NCBI GenBank assembly: GCA_045863295.1
Contig: BTWA01000052.1
Coordinates: 1-27,588, forward strand
Direction: 5' to 3'
Length of the DNA stretch: 27,588 bases
Source of the DNA: Candidatus Hydrogenedentota bacterium
GTDB taxonomy: Bacteria; Hydrogenedentota; Hydrogenedentia; Hydrogenedentales; SLHB01
The notes beneath the pieces were generated by a model that had not been told where the DNA came from, did not search any database, and saw nothing but the letters and a program-made list of their open reading frames with translations. Shown piece by piece: positions 1-8,920 of the stretch. A program made the position numbers and the translations under genes. The stretch's first letter is position 1. Each line of letters starts with the position of its first letter.

Positions 1-75
1 GGCACGGCGCTCCGTTTCGTCGACCGTCCGTGCCGGGTCGATTTGCTCGACGATGGTATCCATCGATTTCGACAT
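1..75 (-). CDS. 5' part of a hypothetical protein running off the window edge; probable third paralog of the helical domain at 89-670
   Basis: Not in the ORF track. AGGAGG follows the stop of 89..670, then ATG at 75 opens MSKSMDTIVEQIDPARTVDETERRA to the edge. This resembles DLKALLATIDPDVIRRDVIEPIESA of the 560-aa protein. Confidence 0.7.
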   Translation of the reverse strand, partial: MSKSMDTIVEQIDPARTVDETERRA

Positions 76-88
76 CTTGGAACCTCCT

Positions 89-670
89 TTACAGCTGCCG
101 GAAGACCGGCGACGTTCGGCGCATGTTCTCCACGAGCGCGTCGATGATGATCCGGTAGTCGTTTGCATAGCGCGCGGGGTTGCTGAGGTCGACGGTATCG
201 GCGAGCACCGGGCCGTAGTAGTGAAAAATGTCACGGATAATTGCAACCTTGTCCTCGTATACGTTGCCTTTGATCTGGCTGTCGAAGGCCTCCTCGACGT
301 AGTCGCTTATGTCCTGCGCCTTGATACCTTCCGCGACCAAGTCGATGACGGCCTTCATACCGCCGTTAGTGCCATAGATGCCGTCATTGACTGCCGCTAC
401 GTAGCCGAGGCCACGACGCCGGTATTCGCGCTCGAGGATCGCTTTTGCCCGAGCGGCGGCGCGGCCAGGATCAATGGTGCCTCCACGTGTGACGGCAAAC
501 GTGTAGTGATGAGCATAGTAATCACCGGTGACCGCACGAAAGACATCCCAATTGGAAACACGGTTCTGGCGCAGGTGATAGCGGTTCCGTGCTTCGTCGT
601 GCCTGCTGGTGACACGGTCGGCGATGGTGATGTCACTAAGGTCGTGCATGATGGATTGGATGGTTGGCAT
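89..670 (-). CDS. Hypothetical alpha-helical protein (193 aa), paralogous to the C-terminal domain of 701..2383
   Basis: AGGAGG RBS before the ATG. Aligns by eye over its full length with the last ~190 aa of the upstream protein (GGMKAVID/GGIRYVLE; YEDKVAII/YERRVALV; PVFRQL/SVFRAL). Confidence 0.85.
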   Translation of the reverse strand: MPTIQSIMHDLSDITIADRVTSRHDEARNRYHLRQNRVSNWDVFRAVTGDYYAHHYTFAVTRGGTIDPGRAAARAKAILEREYRRRGLGYVAAVNDGIYGTNGGMKAVIDLVAEGIKAQDISDYVEEAFDSQIKGNVYEDKVAIIRDIFHYYGPVLADTVDLSNPARYANDYRIIIDALVENMRRTSPVFRQL

Positions 671-700
671 GGGGAGTCCTCCTATGGTTGTTTCTTCGGA

Positions 701-2383
701 TTAAAGGGCGCGGAAAACGCTCCTCAACGATGCCGCGGTTTGCATGTATGCCCGAACCAAGGGTTCGGGGTTCTTCAGGAACTGTTCCGGTGCGGTATCC
801 AGTTCCGTTTCGGTCAAGTACGGCCGAAACCGGTCGATTAGCGCCGCTACAAGGGCGACGCGCCGCTCGTAGCTCAGTTGTTGAAGGTGCGATTCGATAG
901 CGTGTTGGACATACATGTGCTCCTGCTCGGCGGCGTATTGACGTCCCATCCTCTCTAGCACGTACCGAATGCCGCCGTGGGGTGCGCCAGATCTTGCTTC
1001 CGCCTGCGCAGCCCGTAGACCTCCAGTATGCGCGAAAGCGCGGGCCAACAAGGCTGTGGCTTCATCTTCTACCGCATTGGAACGGACATCCTTGACCTCG
1101 TGCGTGTGCCGGAGCAAGTGCAGGTAACAGTTGGCTGGAACCGAAAGATAGCTTTCATCAGACCCGACAACCGCGCCGTCCAAACGGTAGGTGGCCATCG
1201 CGCTCTCGATAGGCTCGATTACGTCGCGACGAATGACGTCAGGATCGATGGTTGCCAAGAGAGCTTTAAGATCTGGATTTTCATCCGGCGCATCGCCGCC
1301 AGCAGCTCGTGTAACGACGGCAGGTGGGAGTTCGGGAAGCCGGTCCCCCGCGTTCGCATTAAGGAAATACCTGATGTCATCGACATCATCCGGCCGGGCC
1401 CAGGCAATGAGACGTGCCAATTCAGTCCCCGGCAGCAGCGGAAACTGAAGCCGCTTCCGGATGTAGGGCGGCAGGGTGACAAGAATGCGATAGAGATTCT
1501 CGCCGGCTCCGTGAGCGTAACTTCCCCTGCCCGCGAAGTACCGAACGAGTTCCGCCAACAGCTCGCTTGCAGAGGCCGGATCGCCATCCAGCCATTCCCG
1601 CTCAAGCGCGGACCAGAAACGGCCGTGAAGGTTGTCGAAAAGCGACTTCTCAAGTTCACTGCCCGTACGCTGCCCGCACGCTTCGTCGAAGTAGAGGTTT
1701 AGGAGCGAGGATATAACCAGGTCTCTTTCACGGAAGGCTATGCGCACGACGTCGGACAGGTCTTCCACGAAAATCACTTCAACTCGTGCGGATGCGCGGC
1801 GAAGTGCTTCCTCGATGGCGTCGTAGTCGTCCCGTGCAAGCTTACGCAATGAAGGATCCTGGCGTGGATCTGCGCACACGAATGTGCCTACGTAAGGGTC
1901 TTCGCACACGGCACGCAGTTTCGCAGGAAGACTATCGACCACTGCACATGTACCGTTGGGGTCTGAAACGTGCGCCGAGAAAACGACGTCCGAACGGCAC
2001 GGAATACCGAGGGCGGACGACAGGCACGCCATGCAAACCGCGGCGTCCGCCGAGTACCCGTTCAGTTCGAGCTTTCTGTTCTGTGCCGCAGAGATACTTA
2101 CGTTGGATACGGACAAAGTAAATTTGGCCGTCCGAAATTTGCTGATATACTTCGAAGAGAGATTCGGGGTAAGCACGTCGACGTAGTGGCGGATTGCCGC
2201 TGGGCAAACGGTCCCTGGACCAGAGGAACGAAAAAGCTCTCCTGAGTATTCGTTGATGATCTGTGCATTCACCTTTGCGATGACCGCCACGGCTTCGTTG
2301 TCCTTGCCACTGACGACTACAGTCTTCGCGCTTCCTATGGCCAGTGTGGGCGGCTTCTTCTCGATCGAATCTAACGTACGCAT
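701..2383 (-). CDS. Lon-protease-like (S16, Lon_C) domain fused to an unknown helical C-terminal domain; no AAA+ module
   Basis: NGYSADAAVCMACLSSALG...DVVFSAHV...G...VDSLPAKLRA matches the Lon pattern DGPSAG..A..SA...A.TGEI..G.V..VGG...K. Ser-Lys spacing is 44 aa versus 43 in E. coli Lon. GGAGG RBS; overlaps the upstream gene. Confidence 0.7.
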   Translation of the reverse strand: MRTLDSIEKKPPTLAIGSAKTVVVSGKDNEAVAVIAKVNAQIINEYSGELFRSSGPGTVCPAAIRHYVDVLTPNLSSKYISKFRTAKFTLSVSNVSISAAQNRKLELNGYSADAAVCMACLSSALGIPCRSDVVFSAHVSDPNGTCAVVDSLPAKLRAVCEDPYVGTFVCADPRQDPSLRKLARDDYDAIEEALRRASARVEVIFVEDLSDVVRIAFRERDLVISSLLNLYFDEACGQRTGSELEKSLFDNLHGRFWSALEREWLDGDPASASELLAELVRYFAGRGSYAHGAGENLYRILVTLPPYIRKRLQFPLLPGTELARLIAWARPDDVDDIRYFLNANAGDRLPELPPAVVTRAAGGDAPDENPDLKALLATIDPDVIRRDVIEPIESAMATYRLDGAVVGSDESYLSVPANCYLHLLRHTHEVKDVRSNAVEDEATALLARAFAHTGGLRAAQAEARSGAPHGGIRYVLERMGRQYAAEQEHMYVQHAIESHLQQLSYERRVALVAALIDRFRPYLTETELDTAPEQFLKNPEPLVRAYMQTAASLRSVFRAL

Positions 2384-3015
2384 AACAACACCTCCATCGT
2401 GGCGTTGTCCCGTCCGGGGAACACGCGGACTTCGATCTCTCCGTCTAGCAGGCGCTCATCCACCGACGCTCGCCGTGGAAGGCTTCCTGTATCCGCCGCG
2501 AAACGGATCGGTTCATCTGAAAAGGCGAACCCCGACAGAACGTGTTCGCGCCGAAGCTCGGCCTCCCAAATGATTTGACCGGTGGATAACCCAAGCTCGT
2601 AGTGGCCAGGGGTGATGGCGGGGATGGAAGCAGTCGGGTCGTTTCGGGAGAGCTTCAGGACACGCCGGAGCTGACCGCTACCTGCCAACACCAGCGACAC
2701 GGGAACTTGCTTTAGCGCATCCTCGAATACAAGATCATCAAAAAGGTGTTCGTACTCATCCAAGACGCCAATTTCTTCGGGTTCAATCGGAGCATCGTGG
2801 TCTATCGGATGCTCTGCACTGGAAACGTCCAGTCCCTTCAGATACTCGCCTCGCACGGCCTGCATGAAGACCAGGAACTGGGCGTAGCCATTCCGGTACT
2901 TCTCCTCACGGCCTAGCGTGCGAATCTTCTCCAGAGCCAGCAGAATCGCTTCCCCTCGGTTTTCCGCCCGATATGCCTCAAAAAGCAATGGAATGAAATA
3001 CAGGTCAGGGTTCAT
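2371..3015 (-). CDS. Hypothetical protein (helical N-terminus, beta-rich C-terminus); possible partner of the upstream HTH protein
   Basis: Probable start ATG 3015 (MNPDLYFIPLL) with GGAGG upstream, overlapping the end of 3005..4204. The track start at 3132 lies inside the upstream gene. Confidence 0.7.
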   Translation of the reverse strand: MNPDLYFIPLLFEAYRAENRGEAILLALEKIRTLGREEKYRNGYAQFLVFMQAVRGEYLKGLDVSSAEHPIDHDAPIEPEEIGVLDEYEHLFDDLVFEDALKQVPVSLVLAGSGQLRRVLKLSRNDPTASIPAITPGHYELGLSTGQIIWEAELRREHVLSGFAFSDEPIRFAADTGSLPRRASVDERLLDGEIEVRVFPGRDNATMEVLLCVR

Positions 3016-4204
3016 GGCGCACCTCCGAATCCGGGCTTGACTCATTACGAAGCGCTTCAACAGCGGCGCGGTACACGCCGGCACGCTCGGCCATCTCGCG
3101 TAAGATGGGATCGCGGCTAATCTCCCGAGCAACGTTCCGCCAAAGGTCTGGCATCGCGGAGTTCCACTTGCTGCCTGCGAACCGGCTGTACGCGGCCTTG
3201 GATACGCCTGCCTCGCGGGCGAGGGCGGCGTCGTTCTTCTGATCTGTTGCGAGGCCTTGCATGCGGGCCATTACGAGGGACCTCACGCCGTCTGCCCCGC
3301 ATTTGCGAATAGAGGGTTTGAGCGCATCGATACAAGTGGCCTTCTCCTCAGCGAAGTAGCGCGCCAGATCGGGATAGCCCGATCGGGCGGCCAGGTCCCG
3401 GGGATTCGGCATGGCGCTCGCCGTACACCCCAACTCGATTTCCGGATCGGATACAAAGCACGGTATGGCGAGTCGTTCATCTATGATGGATTGGACGCGT
3501 TCGCGCTCGCCTCTACGGCCGGGACAGGGGTCTTCCACGTTTTCGCGCAGCCATGCCGGGCGTTGCGGGCCGCTCAAGTACTTCGGCAAATAGACAGTGA
3601 TCGTACCCTTTCCCGGAATATTCCAGGCGTAGCGGGATTCGAAGGGATTGCGAGACTTGCGCGTTGCCTCCTGGAGAGAAAGTCCAATATGCCGCAACAC
3701 GAACCGCTGGAACACGGCACACACGGCGCTTTCGCGTTCGAGCGAATTCTGCGCGCGATTGACTTCCTGGTCCGCCAAAACGGCGTTGGCCAGCGCTTTG
3801 TAGTATTTCCGCCGGTCCGTCTTCGGCCAGTGGATGGCTTCTTCCTCTCCCTGCAGGTCTTCCGTACCAACGGGCGCGCTTTTGCGGAACTTCTCCGGTA
3901 AAGCCTCCGGCGGGAGGTTTGTGAACTTATCCAATGTCAGATCGCGCGCGGCGTCCAAGATTTCCGTTCTGTGGCGTGGCGACAACGATGCGCATCGCTC
4001 GATACCGTTCGCGACCAGGTGGTAAAGCCCGATGAAGACTTCACTGCCCTTCCAAACGAACGGCGTACGATGGTCTAGAAGCTCGTTGATGGCGCGATCA
4101 TTGACGTCTGTACACAGCACACCTATGAGCGCCTCGGTTGTATGCCGGGCAAACGGCCGCTCTACGGCTGGCTCAGTATTCTTTGGCTTGGCAATCGTAC
4201 TCAT
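3005..4204 (-). CDS. Large helical protein with C-terminal helix-turn-helix (possibly divergent sigma-factor-like)
   Basis: C-terminal NDAALAREAGVSKAAYSRF is HTH-like. ATGA overlap with the upstream small ORF. The sigma assignment is inference only. Confidence 0.6.
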   Translation of the reverse strand: MSTIAKPKNTEPAVERPFARHTTEALIGVLCTDVNDRAINELLDHRTPFVWKGSEVFIGLYHLVANGIERCASLSPRHRTEILDAARDLTLDKFTNLPPEALPEKFRKSAPVGTEDLQGEEEAIHWPKTDRRKYYKALANAVLADQEVNRAQNSLERESAVCAVFQRFVLRHIGLSLQEATRKSRNPFESRYAWNIPGKGTITVYLPKYLSGPQRPAWLRENVEDPCPGRRGERERVQSIIDERLAIPCFVSDPEIELGCTASAMPNPRDLAARSGYPDLARYFAEEKATCIDALKPSIRKCGADGVRSLVMARMQGLATDQKNDAALAREAGVSKAAYSRFAGSKWNSAMPDLWRNVAREISRDPILREMAERAGVYRAAVEALRNESSPDSEVRHEP

Positions 4205-4353
4205 GATGCCGTAACACTCCTCACTTCCATTCGCCGGTGGCGTGTACCAAGGTTGTTCATGTCCGCTTTCGCTGCACTGCGTTCAAAACGAAGCCATGTC
4301 GCCATTGGCCCAGCCTTGGCGAGAAACATCTTGTCTACGCGCTTACTCTTCAT
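4201..4353 (-). CDS. Small basic hypothetical protein (50 aa) bridging the pseudokinase and HTH genes
   Basis: ATG 4353 overlaps the kinase 3' end, and the stop overlaps the next start (ATGA at 4204-4201). No recognisable motif. Confidence 0.4.
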   Translation of the reverse strand: MKSKRVDKMFLAKAGPMATWLRFERSAAKADMNNLGTRHRRMEVRSVTAS

Positions 4354-5953
4354 GTACCGATCCAGGTTGTCTCTGCCCTTGGGTTCCTGCCAACACATCC
4401 AGTTGAGCCGCGAGGCGCAGGGCGATTTGCTTGTCGCCACGCCGAAATGCCTCATACATTTGTTCGTAAAGCTTCTGCATATGCGCGAGCTCTTCGCGTA
4501 TGCGATGCTGGAGCCCCGAAACGATTGCGCTGTCGGGATTCAGCGAGGCCGCACGTTCCAGCAGGCTAAGCGCCAGGTCCCGTTCTCCGCGCCTCAGTGC
4601 ATCTTCGGTAGCCTGTGCGAGGTCGCGGAATCGCTCGCAACGCTTGGTAAACGCGTGCTGAGCTGCACTCCGGCTGTAGTGCCCTTGGTAGAGGGACTCG
4701 GCATGCACGAGCAAGTTTGCCTGCTCCTCAAGACTGATGTGCGCATCTCCGGACGAGATGGCCGAGTAGATGCGCCGGGCCTCGGACTCTCTGCTCTCAA
4801 GCGTGTTGAGAAGGCTCCGGGCGCCGACATGCTCGGGTGATTGGATCAGAACGTTCTGACAGGCACGTACCGCGCCTTCAAGGTCGCCGTGTTCCATGCG
4901 CTCAGTAGCGATCTCCCAGGCATCCACGTCAGGAGTGGGCGAGTTCGTTTCCGGCACTGCGCCATCCGAGGAACCGGGACAGGACTTTTGTTGTGCAAAA
5001 CACGCCCCCAGAGCATGCGAAACGGACTGGTAATCGGAATATCGGCAACCAGGGTCCTTCTCCAGGCAACGGTAAACAACCGCTTGAATATTTTCGGGTA
5101 TACCAGGGAGTTGCGGGGGCGGCGCCTCCTGGTGCAGCATTGCGAGGCGATCAGGCGGGCCTTGGAACGGCGCCTGCCATTGTGGGTGCATCAGTTCGAA
5201 GAGAATGACTCCCAGCGAATATATGGTGCTGCGAACGTCGCAATGCCCAGGACTGTTGAAGCGTTCAGGCGCCAGGTACACGGCGATACTTTGAACCTTT
5301 TCGTGCAGGTTGGTGGGTACAGCGTTCTTATCGTCGCAGTACTCCAGTCCGCCGATCTTCAGGTTTTCTGAAGCTATCAGCAGATGTTCCGGGGTGACGG
5401 CCAGGTGGACTAGACCGGCCTTATCAAGGGCCTCCAGACCTTGGCAAGCCTGCTGTACGTAACGAGCCACTTCCCACGCTCGGTTGGGCGTGTCCCGGTG
5501 ACCTTCGCGCATCCACTCGGACAAGGTGCCACCATTTGCGAACTCCAAGGTTAAGATACTGATGCTTCCCCCGCCCCAGCGGCCATGATGGAGTTCCAAA
5601 GGCCGTATGATTTGCCGATGGTCACGAATTTGGGTTCTCAGGCGATTCGTTTTCAGGAACCAGTCGGGTACTTGCTCTTCGATTCCTGCATGAAGTCTAG
5701 CTGTTACTTTTTCGCCGCCAATCGTGTCCTCCAGGAGATACACCCGGCCAAGCGCATCTTCGCCGGCGCAGCCGCGAACCGTGAACCTTTCAAGAAGCAT
5801 CTCGCCTACCGGAATCTCAATGAACGTCGGCCTCCGCGGTGTCGGCTTCCCAGGAAAGTACTCCCTCGCGTCCTGCGTGAGAGCCCTGTGCTTGCATTGG
5901 CCGGCGATTTCGTGGCCACCAGCCGGAACGATTGTAGAAGTAAGGCTTTTCAT
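4343..5953 (-). CDS. Hanks-type Ser/Thr kinase-fold protein with degenerate catalytic motifs (pseudokinase) plus TPR-like C-terminus
   Basis: GRVY, LEFANGGTL, GLVHLAVTPEHLLI, LKIGGLE, YLAPE, IYSLGVILFEL and RCLEKDP..RY subdomains are present. TPR-like helices follow (GDLEGAVRACQNVLIQSPEH; ALSLLERAASLNPD). Probable start 5953, just after the stop at 5956. Confidence 0.85.
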   Translation of the reverse strand: MKSLTSTIVPAGGHEIAGQCKHRALTQDAREYFPGKPTPRRPTFIEIPVGEMLLERFTVRGCAGEDALGRVYLLEDTIGGEKVTARLHAGIEEQVPDWFLKTNRLRTQIRDHRQIIRPLELHHGRWGGGSISILTLEFANGGTLSEWMREGHRDTPNRAWEVARYVQQACQGLEALDKAGLVHLAVTPEHLLIASENLKIGGLEYCDDKNAVPTNLHEKVQSIAVYLAPERFNSPGHCDVRSTIYSLGVILFELMHPQWQAPFQGPPDRLAMLHQEAPPPQLPGIPENIQAVVYRCLEKDPGCRYSDYQSVSHALGACFAQQKSCPGSSDGAVPETNSPTPDVDAWEIATERMEHGDLEGAVRACQNVLIQSPEHVGARSLLNTLESRESEARRIYSAISSGDAHISLEEQANLLVHAESLYQGHYSRSAAQHAFTKRCERFRDLAQATEDALRRGERDLALSLLERAASLNPDSAIVSGLQHRIREELAHMQKLYEQMYEAFRRGDKQIALRLAAQLDVLAGTQGQRQPGSVHEE

Positions 5954-5955
5954 GG

Positions 5956-7791
5956 TTACTGACGGTCCTTTTGTGCAAGCTTTTGGTTGACTACGGTACC
6001 CAGCGCTTTCTCGACCTGGTGCTGCACGGACCGCTGCCATTGGACATACTCGTGCCCGTGCAAGACGCCGCGGATGAAGCGCTCCAACGTCTGATTATGT
6101 TCGGCAACGTTGTGAACCAGTTGGGCGGGAGCAAATGAGAGGCCGGGTACGACATCGGTTCGGCCGTTCTCCTGCTTAAACCGATAGACCAATTCCAAGC
6201 GGTGACCTTCTCCGAGCGGCCTGCTTATCACCATGCACTCCTCCGGGGTTCCAATCGCGTCCGGAGTGATGACGCGCAACGTCTCGTTTTTGTACGTTAG
6301 ACCGATATCGTATGACTCATGGCACCCGACGATGGCCCTGAGGCATTCGCTGGCGTCAAATTGCGTTCCCCAGCAGTCCGTCACGTCCCATTCATGGAAA
6401 AGCATGCGTGGTCTTACGGGTTGTGCGAGAGCCGCAGCTACCTGTATGTGTTCGAGCGCCGTATCTTCGTCCATTCGAATGAGAGCCGCTTCGTTGGCAC
6501 TCAAGTTCGCCATCGTGGAGACATGCTCCAGCGCCATCTGAACTTCCTCTCCATGGTCGATATATGAAAGAGATTGAAGCGCGTCGAGAGCGGCCGCGAA
6601 ATGCATGTGCCGCATGAAAAAATGAGCTTGCCGCCAATAACTGGGAATTGCGGCGGTGGTGTGGGGCAGAGTGCGAATTACGTCTTGGCGCAGTTGGGCC
6701 TGACGGTGAATGTCTCCGTTCAGCCCGGCAATGTCGGCATACAGCGCGCTACGTAAACTCTCGGAGAATACTCCGCGATATGAGTCCATCAAGGACTCCG
6801 CGCGGCGAGCGTTTCGATCGGAGATTGCTTTCGCCACGTCAACGGCGCATCGCCTGGCTTCTGCGTTCCTCGCTTGACAGGTTGTCGTTACGTAGGTTGA
6901 GTATGAAACGCCGCAAATAACGTGAAACTCGCCGGTGAAAGGGGCACCGACCGGAGTTATTTCGCGTTCGTTAACCTGGAAGCTGTGGGCAGTGCCGTCT
7001 TGCTGTACCAGCAGTAGCGGCGCGCGATGGTCCAACGTCAGGCCGGCCGCAATGACGCGAAGTGGCGATTCCAGTTCGGATACCAGGTGGAACGGATTCG
7101 AACCCCAACATTTGACGAGCCCATCGAGCGAGCCTACGGTCGCAAGCGTTTCGTTCCACTCGAATAGGGCATAGTAGTCCCCCGCGTGTACCGAGTGAAG
7201 TTCGGTAGTTTGCTTGACTGTATCGACGCAGAGCAGCCCGCCACCCGCAACCGGAAAGACCGCCTTCTTGGCGGCGGTCCAATACAGACCCTTGGCAAGG
7301 CTATAGGGAACTGGCGGCCTCACATCGCCGGCGCACCTGATGGTAGTCGAGCCCTTCGATGCCCACAGCGCGACACATCCGTCGGCGCTAAAGCCGACGA
7401 GCGTGTTCCCGGCCATGACTTGGGACGAGATAGGCGCATTGCCCTCGAACGGAAGTTCGTACGGGCGATTGTACGGCGGACGCCAAAGAAGCCACTTCTT
7501 CGCCGTATCCGTGGAGACGAAGTCGCTTTCGTTCGTGAAGCGGACGTCAAGCACTGCGGCGCCCTGGTTCAGACGGCGCGACTTCATCTTGTGGTCCAGC
7601 AGATGCACCATTCCGTACGTATCGCCGGCAATCAAGCGAGTGCCGCTAGGATTGCGGTCGATGCTCGTAAAGCGATGTCCGCACGGAAGACTCATTAGGG
7701 AGTTCTCTTCGCCAAGGCGGATCAGCGCTTCCTGGCCGGCGATTAGCCCGCCGAGCAGCGGAACATCGAATTTTGACGGTGTGAGGTTCAT
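5956..7791 (-). CDS. WD40/beta-propeller protein with helical (TPR-like) middle and unknown C-terminal domain
   Basis: WD-like repeats: HRFTSIDRNPSGTRLIAGDTYGMVHLLD; AVLDVRF..FVSTD..KWLLW; HAGDYYALF..LATVGSLDGLVKCWG. TAATG overlap with the upstream gene. Confidence 0.75.
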   Translation of the reverse strand: MNLTPSKFDVPLLGGLIAGQEALIRLGEENSLMSLPCGHRFTSIDRNPSGTRLIAGDTYGMVHLLDHKMKSRRLNQGAAVLDVRFTNESDFVSTDTAKKWLLWRPPYNRPYELPFEGNAPISSQVMAGNTLVGFSADGCVALWASKGSTTIRCAGDVRPPVPYSLAKGLYWTAAKKAVFPVAGGGLLCVDTVKQTTELHSVHAGDYYALFEWNETLATVGSLDGLVKCWGSNPFHLVSELESPLRVIAAGLTLDHRAPLLLVQQDGTAHSFQVNEREITPVGAPFTGEFHVICGVSYSTYVTTTCQARNAEARRCAVDVAKAISDRNARRAESLMDSYRGVFSESLRSALYADIAGLNGDIHRQAQLRQDVIRTLPHTTAAIPSYWRQAHFFMRHMHFAAALDALQSLSYIDHGEEVQMALEHVSTMANLSANEAALIRMDEDTALEHIQVAAALAQPVRPRMLFHEWDVTDCWGTQFDASECLRAIVGCHESYDIGLTYKNETLRVITPDAIGTPEECMVISRPLGEGHRLELVYRFKQENGRTDVVPGLSFAPAQLVHNVAEHNQTLERFIRGVLHGHEYVQWQRSVQHQVEKALGTVVNQKLAQKDRQ

Positions 7792-8414
7792 TATCTCGAT
7801 AACCTGTCACGTTCCATTGAAGTTTCGACTCCGGGATACCCTCCGAAGGCTTCGATCTCAGCGTCGAGGCTAGGCTCTGGAGGCAGAAGTGCGGGTGCTC
7901 GCATGGGGGCGCTGGGCGACACAGGGCAAAAACGCTTGCTCGCTCTTCCAAGAGGCAACTGCTTTGCCACACTCTCGGCCAAGGCCGCTTTGAGCGCATC
8001 AATAACCTGTGCCGCGACAACTTGACGCTCTCCCAGCCAGCGGATATCTTCCAGAATCGAGTCTTCGCCTTCCCGTAGGAGGTTCTTTGGAGCATCGTGG
8101 TGAAGCGTCTCGGCTGCTCGGTCAACGTCGCGCACACGCCGGGAGAGCCGCGCCTGTTCACTCCAAATAAACGCAAGACACTCCTGAAATTGCAGCAGTT
8201 CGGATTGTGCCTGTTGTTCGGCTTCTTCCTTCCGGGCGTAAAGTGCTTCCGCAAAGAAACATTCTGAATGTCGTTCCTGGTACACCCTTGGCAGGGCCGC
8301 AACTGCGTCGCGCAAGTGAGCTGCACAGTCCAGCGCTCCCTCGGCGTGCGAATCGAAGTGCTCGCGCAGGTAGGCCAGCGAGCGCCAATCCTGATTTGGC
8401 CCAACCATACCCAT
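7791..8414 (-). CDS. Hypothetical helical/coiled-coil protein (207 aa)
   Basis: TAATG overlaps at both ends and Glu/Ala/Leu/Arg-rich helical composition. Confidence 0.7.
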   Translation of the reverse strand: MGMVGPNQDWRSLAYLREHFDSHAEGALDCAAHLRDAVAALPRVYQERHSECFFAEALYARKEEAEQQAQSELLQFQECLAFIWSEQARLSRRVRDVDRAAETLHHDAPKNLLREGEDSILEDIRWLGERQVVAAQVIDALKAALAESVAKQLPLGRASKRFCPVSPSAPMRAPALLPPEPSLDAEIEAFGGYPGVETSMERDRLSR

Positions 8415-8920
8415 TACTCGCCTCCTCGTTCGCGCACACCGCGAAGCTCGGCCTCAATCTCCTGGCTCCGCTTCAGGCAATCCTTCGCGGCATTGAGTTG
8501 TTCGCTGAGCAGATCCAGGTCTTCCTGGAGCGCGTCCTTCGTTTTTTCGATGTGTTCAATTGCTTCCTGCGTTTCGATGAGCGTGTCCGAGGCACGATCG
8601 AGATTGCCGTCCGCGGCCTCTTTGCCTTCGTCGAGTTCTTCCTGAAATTGCTCGCTTTCCTCGTGGACCTTCTCGAGGTCCCGGTCATGTTCATCGAAGA
8701 CCTCCGATGTAGCATCGTCCGCACCGTCGACCGCACGGTCCACGGCATCAAGACCCTCGGCTGTTCCGCCGCTTCGGTCCAACGATTCACGCAGTTCCCG
8801 GATGGTATTGAGATCATCCGCCGTGATTTTGAGTTCTTCCTGATGGTCCTTCATTTCTACGGAGATACGTTCGTTCCTATCGTCGATCTCCTGCCGCGTG
8901 GGTGTGGGTGTGTCTCTCAT
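8414..8920 (-). CDS. Highly acidic coiled-coil protein (168 aa)
   Basis: Asp/Glu-rich heptad-like sequence with a central SGGTAEG turn. ATGA overlap upstream and TAATG downstream. Confidence 0.8.
   Translation of the reverse strand: MRDTPTPTRQEIDDRNERISVEMKDHQEELKITADDLNTIRELRESLDRSGGTAEGLDAVDRAVDGADDATSEVFDEHDRDLEKVHEESEQFQEELDEGKEAADGNLDRASDTLIETQEAIEHIEKTKDALQEDLDLLSEQLNAAKDCLKRSQEIEAELRGVRERGGE

Noticed and set aside
53..841. 262-aa plus-strand ORF, and similar long antisense ORFs such as 8207..9034, 20075..20944, 21328..22017 and 23310..24227
   Set aside because: They are shadows of better-supported opposite-strand genes in GC-rich DNA and carry no motifs.
701..2383. Housekeeping lon gene
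   Set aside because: No AAA+ Walker motifs or Lon N-domain; only a protease-like domain.
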